IMG/VR virus record: IMGVR_UViG_3300028833_002727
Strand: one strand, 5' to 3'
Origin: a virus
Lineage: Duplodnaviria; Heunggongvirae; Uroviricota; Caudoviricetes
Length of the DNA stretch: 64,000 bases
The notes under the pieces were generated by a model that did no database searches, was not told the DNA's origin, and saw only the letters and a program-made list of their open reading frames with translations. A program made the position numbers and the translations under genes. Below, one piece after another: positions 10,050 to 20,298 of this stretch (position 1 is the stretch's first letter; each line of letters opens with the position of its first letter).

Positions 10050-10060
10050 GAAATAAATAT

Positions 10061-11575
10061 ATGCAAGAGGCTTTTAGATTTAATAACGCACAAGCAAGAA
10101 ACGACTACTTCCGTAAACAAGCTGGAGGTGATGCTGCATCTGAAAATAAACCAGATGAGTTAGGACGTTTAAAAATATCATACAGTGAAGGTACTGTACC
10201 AGTTGTTGCTGGCGGTAAAGTTACACAATTACCTGTACACAATATCTTTCTTTATAATTTACAACCAAATGATGTACAAGAAATTATACGTGAATTAACA
10301 GCACAAAAGAAAGAAACCAGAACACAAAATGCTTTTGTTCCTAGAAGAAACGTAAGGGATTGTGTACAAATCCGTGTTGGTGAAAACGATATGGAACAAT
10401 GGTTGCAAACTGGTATGCATGTAGTTCAAAACATTCTACGCCAATCAGGTGTTTATGATGAACAAGAAATCAATGACATGCCGGGTTACATTTCAAACGT
10501 TGCTGTTAGTAAGGCACAAATGAGACAAGAATATCAAAATGCTGAAAATAAAGCAATTGATGTATGGTTGGCATATTTAAAAGATATTAACAACCCTGAA
10601 GTTGTTTCTAAATTACAGGCTTATCAACGTGTATATCGTTATTTAGATGTTCAATATGGACATGTAAAAAGTGCAAAGAATGTTGCTGCTATTTTAGCAA
10701 CAGATTCTAATGCAACATTTATTTTAACAGCCGCAGAATGGAGAGATTTCAACAGATACGTTAAACCGAACGCTAAACGTTTCTATGTATTAGTCCCATT
10801 GATTGATAACGTTGATAAAAGTAAATTGGATGCGGTAATTGATAAATGTGGATGGGGCGGCACAGCATATTGTGATTTACCATTCCAAGTTCAACAGTTA
10901 GTTGATATGAAATGTCAGGAATTAGATATTGCTCCCCCATTTGCACATTACATTGAATTTGATATTTCAGACACTGAAGTTATTCCTGGAAAAGAGGATA
11001 TATTCAATACACAAATTGGTTTAGCAAATAACTTGACTGGAGAATTAAACGACAAAGCCAAAGAAGATTACGCTAAAAAACACGGTAATGAGGATATGCC
11101 TGAGGATCAGGAAATGATGCAAAGAACGAAACAAGCAGCAGAATTTATTGTAAACTTCTGTCAAAAACAACATATTCCTTTCAAATATAATGAAACTGAT
11201 AGCCCATCTACAATTTTAGTTAATGGCTTAGTGGCTTATTATAAATCAGTTGCTGAAGCAGATGCTAACATTGATAAAGATACAAACAAAGAGATATTTG
11301 CAAAGAACGCAACATTGTTTACATTGATTATAACTAATTTAGCGTTAGATAAAATTTCAAACTTCGGACATCCGGTTGAATATACAAAACAAGAGGCTGC
11401 TGAATTCCTAAAAAGTGTTACATATGTATTGAATAGATTAGAGCCAGCACTTGCTCTTCAACCACAGGCTGTTGAGGTTAATGAATCCGCAATGCCAAAA
11501 TCAATACGAAGTAAAGATGAAATTTTACAGCAGTTCCGCAAATTCTGTAAACAAATTGGTATAAGAATTATATAA
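10061..11575 (+). CDS. Protein with an ArdC-N-like ssDNA-binding domain
   Basis: SAKNVAAIL...NATF...EWRDFNRYVKPNAKRFYVLVP...FDISDTE matches the ArdC-N pattern. Confidence 0.55.
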   Translation: MQEAFRFNNAQARNDYFRKQAGGDAASENKPDELGRLKISYSEGTVPVVAGGKVTQLPVHNIFLYNLQPNDVQEIIRELTAQKKETRTQNAFVPRRNVRDCVQIRVGENDMEQWLQTGMHVVQNILRQSGVYDEQEINDMPGYISNVAVSKAQMRQEYQNAENKAIDVWLAYLKDINNPEVVSKLQAYQRVYRYLDVQYGHVKSAKNVAAILATDSNATFILTAAEWRDFNRYVKPNAKRFYVLVPLIDNVDKSKLDAVIDKCGWGGTAYCDLPFQVQQLVDMKCQELDIAPPFAHYIEFDISDTEVIPGKEDIFNTQIGLANNLTGELNDKAKEDYAKKHGNEDMPEDQEMMQRTKQAAEFIVNFCQKQHIPFKYNETDSPSTILVNGLVAYYKSVAEADANIDKDTNKEIFAKNATLFTLIITNLALDKISNFGHPVEYTKQEAAEFLKSVTYVLNRLEPALALQPQAVEVNESAMPKSIRSKDEILQQFRKFCKQIGIRII

Positions 11576-11591
11576 AAAACAATATAAAGAT

Positions 11592-12713
11592 ATGGCAGTA
11601 ACAGAAGAAGTTGCAACATTATTCAGACGTTTTAAAAGTGAAATGGGTGCCCCAATCCTTGAAGTTGAATTAACCGACGAACAATTATGTGATTTATTAG
11701 CGATGGCTGTTGAAGACTACGCTGAAAAGGTACAAAACTGGGTTATTGAAACTAACTGGGCTAACTTTTCAAATAAGAATTTGTCAAATATGGATTTGGC
11801 ATATGCTTTGTCTGTGCGTACTTTCGATATGACAAGGGACTTTAGTTACTGGTTTTCAAAAGAAGCGGGACTACAACAAAGAGGTCCTTGGGAATTAAAG
11901 AAAGATTACATTACTATTGAACAAGGCAAACAAAATTATATCATACCAGCAGGTAGAGAGATAAACAGTGTTATGTGGTGTAACCCAAGCACATCTCAGG
12001 CGGCATTATATGCAAACTACGGCGGATTAGATATGTTAGGTTTTGCTGGTGGTTATGGACAAGCTGGTGGTGGCTCATTCGGACCAATTGGTGGTTTCTA
12101 TATTGCACAAAGTTATGATATTGCGTATATGGCAACTGACTTACAATACAAAAACAGATTACTTAGGGGTGATTTAACCTACAAAGTAACTGCGGGTCCT
12201 GAAGGTACAAGAATACTACACTTGTATTCAACACCGGGTTCAAAACTAACGTTTGGTAATACGTATAATCCTATGGGTGGTATTAGTCTTGTAGGTTGTG
12301 AAGTTTGGTATACATATTACGATACAAACGGTGATGCTGATGAATGTAGACGCCAAAATCCGGATGTTATTATATCTCCAGACCAGGTGCCTTTGAATAA
12401 AATGGAATTGGCATACATGAATGAACCTACTAAAGTCACAGTTCGTAAGATATTCTTTGCAAAGGCTAAACGCGCTTTGGCTAATGTACGTGGTAAATTT
12501 AGTGGCGTTATTAAGATACATGATGCAGAGGCTAATCTTGATTATATGATGTTAATGAATCAAGCCGATAAAGAGTATGATGCTGTAATGAAAGAACTTG
12601 AAGAGAGACTTGATAGAATGGCGCCATGGAACATGTTGGCAAAACAAGCAGAGATGGTGGAAAACACAAAGAAAGTTTTGAGTGGAACACCAATGAAAAT
12701 GAAAGCAATATAA
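11592..12713 (+). CDS. gp13: Neck/adaptor protein, T4 gp13-like
   Basis: MGAPILEVELTDEQL N-terminus; RGKFSGV...LDY C-terminus. Confidence 0.85.
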   Translation: MAVTEEVATLFRRFKSEMGAPILEVELTDEQLCDLLAMAVEDYAEKVQNWVIETNWANFSNKNLSNMDLAYALSVRTFDMTRDFSYWFSKEAGLQQRGPWELKKDYITIEQGKQNYIIPAGREINSVMWCNPSTSQAALYANYGGLDMLGFAGGYGQAGGGSFGPIGGFYIAQSYDIAYMATDLQYKNRLLRGDLTYKVTAGPEGTRILHLYSTPGSKLTFGNTYNPMGGISLVGCEVWYTYYDTNGDADECRRQNPDVIISPDQVPLNKMELAYMNEPTKVTVRKIFFAKAKRALANVRGKFSGVIKIHDAEANLDYMMLMNQADKEYDAVMKELEERLDRMAPWNMLAKQAEMVENTKKVLSGTPMKMKAI

Positions 12714-12779
12714 TCTTTTAAGATTAAACAAGTATTTATTAGTAAGAAAATAATAAGAAACAAAACACGTGTTATAATT

Positions 12780-13166
12780 ATGGCAAAAGAAGTTATTAAA
12801 CTAAAAGAATCAGAATTAAGACAAATGGTTAGTGAGGTAATTCGCGAATCACTCGATGAAGGTTTCTGGAACCAAACAAAAAGCGCGGCAGGTACATTAT
12901 TCGGAAAAGGAAACGGCAACCTTAAAACCAGACTTAGTGGCGCTAGAAAAAACTGGAGTTCACAAGGTGAATTAGATGATATTAACGGTTTACGTGCTCA
13001 ATTAACAAAGTTGTTAGATGACCGTAAAATCACTCCAGAAACAACAGTTGGACAATTAGTTGGTGGTAAATACAACAACAACAAATTTGGTACAATGTCA
13101 GGTATTGCAGCAAACAGACAAGCGCAAATCAAGCGTAGAGGTGGACAAAGTTACGAAGAAGAATAA
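12780..13166 (+). CDS. Small putative internal head protein
   Basis: Leader KLKESELRQMVSEVIRESLDEG; late motif at 12732-12739. Confidence 0.6.
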   Translation: MAKEVIKLKESELRQMVSEVIRESLDEGFWNQTKSAAGTLFGKGNGNLKTRLSGARKNWSSQGELDDINGLRAQLTKLLDDRKITPETTVGQLVGGKYNNNKFGTMSGIAANRQAQIKRRGGQSYEEE

Positions 13167-13167
13167 T

Positions 13168-13620
13168 TTATCTATCTATTAACCATAAAACTACTCTTTC
13201 CCACATTTTGGGGAAGAGTTTTTTATTTATGTATTCAAACTTTGGATGTACCTCTATTTTTAATCCATAATCTTTCAATAAACGTCTACAGTGTTTTCTG
13301 AAATGTCTGCCATGCCCTAAAACACCATCAATACGTACACCTTCAATAGTTCTAACATACATGTGTATCATTTCATGTACTAATATTAAACGAAGAGTTT
13401 CATCAGTCCATCTTACACATCTTCCAATTCTGATTATACTGTATAAATTACCTTTACTATCACGTTGAGGTGTGTATGAACCGTAATCGCTGTTATTGAC
13501 ACCAATTATATAAAAACGGCATTTATCAAGTTTACCACAAAAGTATTGCTTGTTATAAATGTCGAAGCGTCTCTTCAGTTCATCTTTAGTTAATGTAATA
13601 TATTCTTGTTTGTCCGCCAT
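13168..13620 (-). CDS. SprT-like zinc metalloprotease
   Basis: FDIYNKQYF, ILVHEMIH, HGRHF. Confidence 0.8.
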   Translation of the reverse strand: MADKQEYITLTKDELKRRFDIYNKQYFCGKLDKCRFYIIGVNNSDYGSYTPQRDSKGNLYSIIRIGRCVRWTDETLRLILVHEMIHMYVRTIEGVRIDGVLGHGRHFRKHCRRLLKDYGLKIEVHPKFEYINKKLFPKMWERVVLWLIDR

Positions 13621-13634
13621 ATCAAATTTTTTTG

Positions 13635-13666
13635 CAAAGATAATAATAATTTTTCAAATAACCAAA
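13635..13666 (-). promoter_or_regulatory. Bacteroidota housekeeping-sigma promoter (-33 TTTG / -7 TAnnTTTG)
   Basis: Minus strand reads TTTG-N20-TATCTTTG(CA), ending 14 nt before the 13620 ATG. Confidence 0.75.
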
Positions 13667-13724
13667 ATCATGTGCGCCTTTTATTGACTTTTCGGGAAAA
13701 TAGTATAGTTTTTAAGTAAAGGAA

Positions 13725-13732
13725 GTATTTAT
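13725..13732 (+). promoter_or_regulatory. Putative late promoter GTATTTAT (portal)
   Basis: Recurrent motif. Confidence 0.6.
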
Positions 13733-13759
13733 TATTAAGAAAAATAATGCATTTAGAAT

Positions 13760-15790
13760 ATGGCACAAACTACAGATACAAGAACAAGTTTTCAAAAGTT
13801 AACTGATGTAATTATTGGTTTGAATACCAACTCAAAACCATCAGTAACAACACAGAGCGTTACTTACAATATGACGCCTGGTAATGCCGTTCTATACACG
13901 TTCGACAATAAACATGACAGAGACACTAAATTAGCGTACTTAAAACATCAACGTTTATTATCTTATCAATGGAAAAAGAGTGGCTACGAGACATCTATGG
14001 AACAATTACCTGGCGCTCAACAAGTAAAGGTAATGTACCGCGATGCTGATTTAATGGCACAATGGCCTGAAATTGCTAGAGCACTTGAGATTATTTCAGA
14101 AGAATCAACAACAATTAAAAAAGGTAAAATGTTGAACATTTACTCTAAGTCACCACGTATTAAATCAATTCTTGAGGACTTATTTGTAAATCGTTTGAAC
14201 ATTCATACAATTCTGCCTGAAATCTTTTTCGACACATGTAAATATGGTAACGATTTCCGTTTATTGAACATTAACGGAGAAGAAGGCGTATTGGGTTGGA
14301 GAAAGTTACCTACTCACCAAATGAGACGTTTAGAGAATGGTTTACAAAACATTTATGGTGGCGCAACAATTAACGCTAATCTATATAATTTAAAACCAGA
14401 TGAAACAAAATTCGTTTGGGAAGGACATAATGAGCAAATACCATTCTTAAACTGGCAGGTTGCTCACTTCAGATTGATACGTGACTCTATTTTCTTACCT
14501 TATGGTGTAAGTGTTATGAACTCAGCAAGACGTTTCTGGCGTATTCTAAGTATGATGGAAGATGCTATGTTACTTCATAGAGTTGAAAAGAGTATTGAAC
14601 GTCGTATCTATAAAGTTAATGTAGGTGCAATGGATCAGGATGACGTTTCAACATTCTTAGATGAATTTGCTAATACATTCAAGCGTGCTCCTATTGTCGA
14701 CCCAAAAACTGGACAAATTGATTTAAGAAAAAACTTCCTAGATGTTAACGCTGATTATTTCATTCCTGTAAGAGATGGGCAGGATCCTACTAACATTGAA
14801 GTATTACAAGGTTTGAATAGTCAACTTCAAATGGAAGATGTACAGTACATGCAGAACAAATTATTGACTGCAATGGGCGTACCTAAAAACTTCTTAAACT
14901 ATCAAGATTCAACAGGTAAACAACAAAACTTATCAATACAAGATATTCGTTTCTGCCGTTCAGTTAACTATTATCAACAAGTTATCTTAATGGAGTTGAA
15001 TAAAATTGCAATTATTCACTTGTATTTGTTAGGCTTCTATGAAGATTTAACAAACTTCACATTGTCACTTAACAACCCATCAAATCAAATTGAAATGATG
15101 GAGTTGGATAACATGGCAAAACGTTTAACAAATGCTGCTACAGCATTGGCTGAACAAGGTGGTGGTATTCCTTTAATGTCATGGCACCAAGTGCAAAAAG
15201 AAATTATGGGTAGAACTGATGCTGAAATAGCTACTACACTTGATGAAATCAGATTAGAAAAGGCTATTGCTGCTGAGTTAATGTTGACAAGTCAAATTAT
15301 TAAGAAGACAAATATCTTTGATAAAGTTGATAGAATCTATGGTGAGCCTGGAGCACAATACGATTTCAGTGCATTGCAACCTGACGGTGGTGGTGCATTA
15401 GGAGGCGGCGGAGGCGCTGCACCACCACTTGGTGGAGGCGGCTTCGGAGATGATTTAGGCGATTTAGGAGCACCAGGCGGTGAAGATATGGGTGATTTAG
15501 GCGGTGAAGAAGGAATGTCTGATTTGGGTGATGTTGCTGAAACAGACAACACACAAGAAAATCTCATGGAAACCGTTAAAAAACGTGGTGGAAGAATATT
15601 CGTAAACGAGCGTTTGAATAGAATGGTGGACGATTACATAAAGAAATTAGTCGAAGCAGAAGATGGTGGAACAATTAAACCTGGCGGTTTAAACCATAAT
15701 TTTATTGTTAATGAAGGTTTTAAAACCACTATCGACGAATTAGAGAAATTCAGCAAAAACAGAAGCGAATTGGATGATTTATTAGACTAA
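13760..15790 (+). CDS. gp20: Portal protein, T4 gp20 family
   Basis: MMEDAMLLHR...ERRIYKVNVG, DYFIPVR, DIRF; Gly/Asp-rich tail. Confidence 0.95.
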   Translation: MAQTTDTRTSFQKLTDVIIGLNTNSKPSVTTQSVTYNMTPGNAVLYTFDNKHDRDTKLAYLKHQRLLSYQWKKSGYETSMEQLPGAQQVKVMYRDADLMAQWPEIARALEIISEESTTIKKGKMLNIYSKSPRIKSILEDLFVNRLNIHTILPEIFFDTCKYGNDFRLLNINGEEGVLGWRKLPTHQMRRLENGLQNIYGGATINANLYNLKPDETKFVWEGHNEQIPFLNWQVAHFRLIRDSIFLPYGVSVMNSARRFWRILSMMEDAMLLHRVEKSIERRIYKVNVGAMDQDDVSTFLDEFANTFKRAPIVDPKTGQIDLRKNFLDVNADYFIPVRDGQDPTNIEVLQGLNSQLQMEDVQYMQNKLLTAMGVPKNFLNYQDSTGKQQNLSIQDIRFCRSVNYYQQVILMELNKIAIIHLYLLGFYEDLTNFTLSLNNPSNQIEMMELDNMAKRLTNAATALAEQGGGIPLMSWHQVQKEIMGRTDAEIATTLDEIRLEKAIAAELMLTSQIIKKTNIFDKVDRIYGEPGAQYDFSALQPDGGGALGGGGGAAPPLGGGGFGDDLGDLGAPGGEDMGDLGGEEGMSDLGDVAETDNTQENLMETVKKRGGRIFVNERLNRMVDDYIKKLVEAEDGGTIKPGGLNHNFIVNEGFKTTIDELEKFSKNRSELDDLLD

Positions 15791-15821
15791 AGAAGTATTT
15801 ATAGTTAAAGAATTATTGAAT

Positions 15822-16739
15822 ATGAAACAAATAGATATAAATAAAAGCAAAGATTTAATCGCTCTCAAAGAGAGTTTAAACAATGTCATAGATAAAAAAA
15901 TCGCACAACAACGTTTATCTGAAAAACTTAACGAAATGAAAAATTTATCTTTCGGCGAGTATAAATCATTGTATGATGACATTATCAATGATTTGAGTGA
16001 TATTAACCTTAATGAGAGTATGAAGAGTCTTGCTTCATATGTTAAATTGCTTAAAGAGAACAAGGCGATTAGAAGCGTATATAAAATTATCGACCATGTT
16101 GGCTTAGATACCACATCTGATCCAACCATTACAGCATATGCATGGGCAACTATCTTGGAGAGTGTTGATAAGAAACAACTAAAAGAAGGTGAACAAAAAA
16201 TGTATAACATATACAAACGCGCTTGCGGTATGGTTAATAATGTTACACCTGAACGCATTGATAACATATTAGCAGAATCCAAGTCAGTGAACGACGCTGT
16301 AAAATATCTTACACATCACAGCAATAGTTCAAATATCAATAAATTGAATGAGCGTGTGAATAGTATCAACGTTTTGAGTAACCTTATAAAAGAAAACGCC
16401 ACAATTGAAAAACCACAAATAGAAGTTAACAAAGAAAATTCTGATTTAATTTCAGAATTAAATAATGTTTTTGTTAATGAATATACTGAATGGGAAAACA
16501 AGGTACTAAAAGATTTGTCAGTTTGTTATGCTTCTGGCGGTGATACAAGAGAATTGTTTGAACAATATAAAACAAGTTGCATTGAAGCTATTGATTCTAT
16601 TGATGATGAGGATTTAACAACGAAGTCAAGACTTCATGGTATGAAGCAACAGTTAATGGAAAAAGAATATAATAAAGAAACATTACAAGAGGATTTATTT
16701 AAACTCGCTGAATTAAAAGAAACTATCTTGGGTGAATAA
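15822..16739 (+). CDS. Hypothetical helical protein (late; possibly prohead-associated)
   Basis: Follows portal, late motif at 15795-15802, several L-x-E sites. Confidence 0.55.
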   Translation: MKQIDINKSKDLIALKESLNNVIDKKIAQQRLSEKLNEMKNLSFGEYKSLYDDIINDLSDINLNESMKSLASYVKLLKENKAIRSVYKIIDHVGLDTTSDPTITAYAWATILESVDKKQLKEGEQKMYNIYKRACGMVNNVTPERIDNILAESKSVNDAVKYLTHHSNSSNINKLNERVNSINVLSNLIKENATIEKPQIEVNKENSDLISELNNVFVNEYTEWENKVLKDLSVCYASGGDTRELFEQYKTSCIEAIDSIDDEDLTTKSRLHGMKQQLMEKEYNKETLQEDLFKLAELKETILGE

Positions 16740-17260
16740 TGAAAAAGGTTTTACTAACAGAGTCACAGATAAGACTAATCAATGAAGAAATAGATAGAAA
16801 TGATTCTATTCAAAAATTGATTTTTGCTGAACCATCTGAAATTGAATTTGAGGAGGATGACAGTGTTGTACCTGCTGGCGTCCCTGTTAGTCGTGGTTAT
16901 TGCCGTTTAATACCAATTATCGACGGTAAAAAAATAGATGAGAAATACGTAAAATTCACTGCTGAAGAAATCCGCGTAAAAAATCATGCTATTTATCAAC
17001 TACACATATACGTAGATTACAATATTAGACGTCTTGGTATTGCTGAAAAACTTTATACGGCATTTATATTGCAAGGCTACCCAGCGTGTTCATTATATTG
17101 TAATCGCGCATCATCATTCTACAGAGACAATGGCAGTGAAATAAAATCTGACGAGGCAATTGATAATTTGTGGAATAAATTGGCACAGAATCCGCAAATA
17201 TCTGTAAAACCCATGAAATATAACGGAGAACAAATTGGTGTGATTGGATTACGCAAATGA
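16739..17260 (+). CDS. GNAT-family acetyltransferase-like protein with leader
   Basis: HIYVDYNIRRLGIAEKLY acetyl-CoA motif A; leader MKKVLLTESQIRLINE. Confidence 0.6.
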   Translation: MKKVLLTESQIRLINEEIDRNDSIQKLIFAEPSEIEFEEDDSVVPAGVPVSRGYCRLIPIIDGKKIDEKYVKFTAEEIRVKNHAIYQLHIYVDYNIRRLGIAEKLYTAFILQGYPACSLYCNRASSFYRDNGSEIKSDEAIDNLWNKLAQNPQISVKPMKYNGEQIGVIGLRK

Positions 17261-17943
17261 AAAAGGTTTATTTAACAGAACAGCAGTTCAATTATATTCT
17301 TGAACAACAAATGTTGAATGAGGGTATAATGAAATATTTATACCAACGTTTCTTCGGTAAATGTCAAAATACTGGTGAATTAGTACAACGAGTGTTTTAC
17401 TGGATTGGCGCTGGTATTATAAGTTTTGCAATTGCTGTTGATATAATACAAAACGGTAGAGATACTGGTGTTTTATCAAATCAAGACGCTATTGAAGTTA
17501 TTGATGCAATTGCACAAAAAGCCCCAGTCGAAGAATGGAAACCAATTTGTAACGACGCCGTTGTTACAGTATACAATGCAAAACCAGAACAATGTAACAA
17601 AGATGTAGAACATACAGCATCAATGTTTAACTTAAATCTTGATAGCGTTGGTGGACATAGAATTGTAGCACTTGAAAGAAGTTTTATGAAAGAATTTGGT
17701 TTGAAATTCGGTGATGTAATTAAAATTGTTGGAACGCATAAAGGTTTACAGGATGGTGTATATCAAATACAAGATGTGATGAACAAAAGATTTGCTGGAC
17801 AGCACAAAATTGATGTACTGGTTCCAGATAGTATAACTCACGGAGGAACATGGCCTGAACAATATGCAACAATATATGTGCTCAATGATAAAAACAATAC
17901 ACAGCAATATTTGGATTTAATGGCTCCAGAATACAAAAGATGA
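17257..17943 (+). CDS. 3D-domain (MltA-like cell-wall) protein with leader
   Basis: VTVYN...TAS...IVAL...FGDVIKI...YQIQDVM...KIDV; leader MKKVYLTEQQF...LNEG. Confidence 0.6.
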   Translation: MKKVYLTEQQFNYILEQQMLNEGIMKYLYQRFFGKCQNTGELVQRVFYWIGAGIISFAIAVDIIQNGRDTGVLSNQDAIEVIDAIAQKAPVEEWKPICNDAVVTVYNAKPEQCNKDVEHTASMFNLNLDSVGGHRIVALERSFMKEFGLKFGDVIKIVGTHKGLQDGVYQIQDVMNKRFAGQHKIDVLVPDSITHGGTWPEQYATIYVLNDKNNTQQYLDLMAPEYKR

Positions 17944-18025
17944 TAAATTATACTAAATAATATAGAAAGTCGTTAGAAATGGCTAAAAACAGGCAATAAA
18001 TAAACGTTAATAAATAATAAAGCAT

Positions 18026-18244
18026 ATGAAAGTAAAAGTATCAAAAGAAGAATTAAGAGAATGCGTAGAAGGCGCTATGTTACGTCTTGTTAAAGAAGGT
18101 AAATCTTTACGTAAATTCAAAGATAACGAAGATAAATTCGGCGGCAAGCAACCAAAGCACGGTAAATTAGATGGTAGAAAACCAGGTGATAGAAAACCAA
18201 AAGGTGGCGCCAACAGTAAACGCTGGGAAAATTATGAAGATTAA
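18026..18244 (+). CDS. Small basic protein with leader
   Basis: MKVKVSKEELRECVEGAMLRLVKEG followed by a Lys/Gly-rich tail. Confidence 0.55.
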   Translation: MKVKVSKEELRECVEGAMLRLVKEGKSLRKFKDNEDKFGGKQPKHGKLDGRKPGDRKPKGGANSKRWENYED

Positions 18245-18322
18245 GTAGGAAAAACTACATACCCCCACTTGACTTTTCGAAAAAATTAGCTATATTAGGG
18301 ATATAGTTAATTTTTTTTTATT

Positions 18323-18775
18323 ATGGAAGAACAAAAGAGAAAAAGGTTGACAAGTGAAAAGTCACTTCAACACGACACGTTTAAGTTAAAACTAGGTACA
18401 ACAGACAAGACTAATCCATTGGTTGTATACCTTGAAGGTGGTGTTTTTATTACACCTAATGAAGAAAAAGATAGTTATGTAAATGACGTAAAGGCAATTA
18501 AATATGGTTTAAAGAAAACAATCCGAGAGAATCTTTCTAACAATAATTTCTTTGTTAATGATTATATTTTGGAATTTCAGATTGCCGACAAGGGAATAAA
18601 AACGAATAAAAAGAGTTTTCTAACGTTCGATTTGATGTTGAAACAGCCAGCAGGTAGAATTTTAAAACTGAATGATGTGAAGAAACATACCGAGCAAAAT
18701 ATATACGAAATAGTTAATTCATTGGAGCAAAACATCGTGGAACACAACTTTTCTTTGTCAAAAACGAAGAAATAA
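18323..18775 (+). CDS. Hypothetical protein
   Basis: 150-aa ORF fitting the gene spacing. Confidence 0.6.
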   Translation: MEEQKRKRLTSEKSLQHDTFKLKLGTTDKTNPLVVYLEGGVFITPNEEKDSYVNDVKAIKYGLKKTIRENLSNNNFFVNDYILEFQIADKGIKTNKKSFLTFDLMLKQPAGRILKLNDVKKHTEQNIYEIVNSLEQNIVEHNFSLSKTKK

Positions 18776-18806
18776 GAGTATTTATAGTAAATAAATATGC
18801 TAGAAT

Positions 18807-19199
18807 ATGATTGATAACTTTTTCATAAAGAAAGATGCTACGCTTCCAACACTACGTTTGGAATTAGTATTAGATGGTAAATATGATTTCTTGAAAATAT
18901 CACATTTTAACAACGCAATACAAAACGCGAATGTAACATTTTCAATGACAGATGAACACGATGTATTAAAAATTGCTGATGCACCATGTAGATTAGTACT
19001 TGTGGATCAGGATACTTGTGATGAGAAATACATCATCGAGTATCTTTGGAAACCAAGAGATACTAAAAAAACTGGGCATTTTACTGGTAAGATTAAGATT
19101 GAGTTTATGAGTGATATATATCAGGCTGGAGAGACGTACGAAGAAGGTACATACATCGGCCCAATATATGAGAAACTTGATATATTTGTTACTGATTAA
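18807..19199 (+). CDS. Virion structural protein, BppU N-terminal-like beta domain
   Basis: FFIKKDATLPTL...YLWKPRDT...G.F.GKIKI pattern; late motif at 18778-18785. Confidence 0.5.
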   Translation: MIDNFFIKKDATLPTLRLELVLDGKYDFLKISHFNNAIQNANVTFSMTDEHDVLKIADAPCRLVLVDQDTCDEKYIIEYLWKPRDTKKTGHFTGKIKIEFMSDIYQAGETYEEGTYIGPIYEKLDIFVTD

Positions 19200-19554
19200 C
19201 TAATTCACTGATCTCCTTTCTTCGGTAAGGTATTCCGGCTTTAGTTACATAATCGAACAAATTATCTAAATCTTTCTTATTGGAATCAAAATAGATGATG
19301 GCATCTGCTTCGGCTATCATATCTCTATTGCGAACAGCAAGCGCTGAGGTTCCGTGTTTACGCCAATCACAAGTAAACGTTTTAGTTTCGATACCAAAAG
19401 TTGATGCAAATTTATCAACATAAGAGTCACCAACAGTTAAAATTCTTATACGCTCACCGCTTTTGGCTTTATCACGAAGATAATAAGCACACTCCTTTTG
19501 AAAGATTTCGTAATCTGGTATATTTTCGCCACCAATTATGATAACATTAAACAT
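19189..19554 (-). CDS. YspA/DUF2493-like SLOG protein
   Basis: VIIIGG...DY, DWRKHG...RNRDMI..ADAIIYF; the glycine-rich loop is degenerate. Confidence 0.65.
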   Translation of the reverse strand: MFNVIIIGGENIPDYEIFQKECAYYLRDKAKSGERIRILTVGDSYVDKFASTFGIETKTFTCDWRKHGTSALAVRNRDMIAEADAIIYFDSNKKDLDNLFDYVTKAGIPYRRKEISELVNQ

Positions 19555-19613
19555 AAACTATTATTGCTTTAAAAATTATTACTCTAAATTTGAGTTAAAT
19601 ATACACAAAATAT

Positions 19614-20210
19614 ATGGAACAAATATTTACAATACCTGAAGGTTTTGAGATTAAAAAAATAAGCGACAACCAATTTAGTATAGTTGAGAAAGATGAAACT
19701 AAAGATAGCGCTAATACCAAAGGTAATTTACAAGAAATTCACGACAAACAAATGCATGATGCTGTTAAGCGCCATGAAAACAGTTTTTTCAGACAAATAA
19801 CCGAAGACAGAAATGACTATGATTTCGGTTACTATAACCCTATGCCGAAACCTTATGATAGAGAGTTGATGGAGAGTAAGGACAGGGATGCATTATTTGA
19901 TGCTCGTTTTGCTAATCCATACAATGTAGATGGCGATTTGGATTATTCAATGATTCAAAGAACTAATAACCGTTTACATGATATGTATGCTAATGGGCAG
20001 ATTAAGAAACTAAACGAGGAAGAAATGAAACTACTTAGGTTCTGTCATGGTATTGATGTTAAGAAATTCATCAAAGAAGAGTTTGAAAGAAATCCTATTA
20101 TTATCAAGAGAGATGAAAATGGTTACATCTATGCTGAAACACCTAATAGGAAACAACCAGACAATGATAGCAAACCGCCAAAACCAAGTATTTACGATAT
20201 AAATCTATAA
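19614..20210 (+). CDS. Hypothetical protein
   Basis: 198-aa ORF followed by a terminator. Confidence 0.6.
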   Translation: MEQIFTIPEGFEIKKISDNQFSIVEKDETKDSANTKGNLQEIHDKQMHDAVKRHENSFFRQITEDRNDYDFGYYNPMPKPYDRELMESKDRDALFDARFANPYNVDGDLDYSMIQRTNNRLHDMYANGQIKKLNEEEMKLLRFCHGIDVKKFIKEEFERNPIIIKRDENGYIYAETPNRKQPDNDSKPPKPSIYDINL

Positions 20211-20254
20211 AAAAAAATGGAGGAGCCTACTAATAATGTAAGGCTCCCTTTTTT
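20209..20254. terminator. Bidirectional intrinsic terminator
   Basis: GGAGCCT(AC)...(GTA)AGGCTCC stem with an A run on the left and a T run on the right. Confidence 0.7.
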
Positions 20255-20298
20255 ATACATAAGTTCTGACCGTACAGTCGTACGATTTTACCTTTTAC
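20215..20298 (-). ncRNA. Candidate small RNA
   Basis: Late motif at 20303-20310 (-), CGTAC-GACT-GTACG hairpin, then terminator; no credible ORF. Confidence 0.3.

Noticed and set aside
15380-15540. GC-richer repetitive segment as a DNA repeat or foreign insert
   Set aside because: Explained by the Gly/Asp-rich (GDLG) tail of the portal protein
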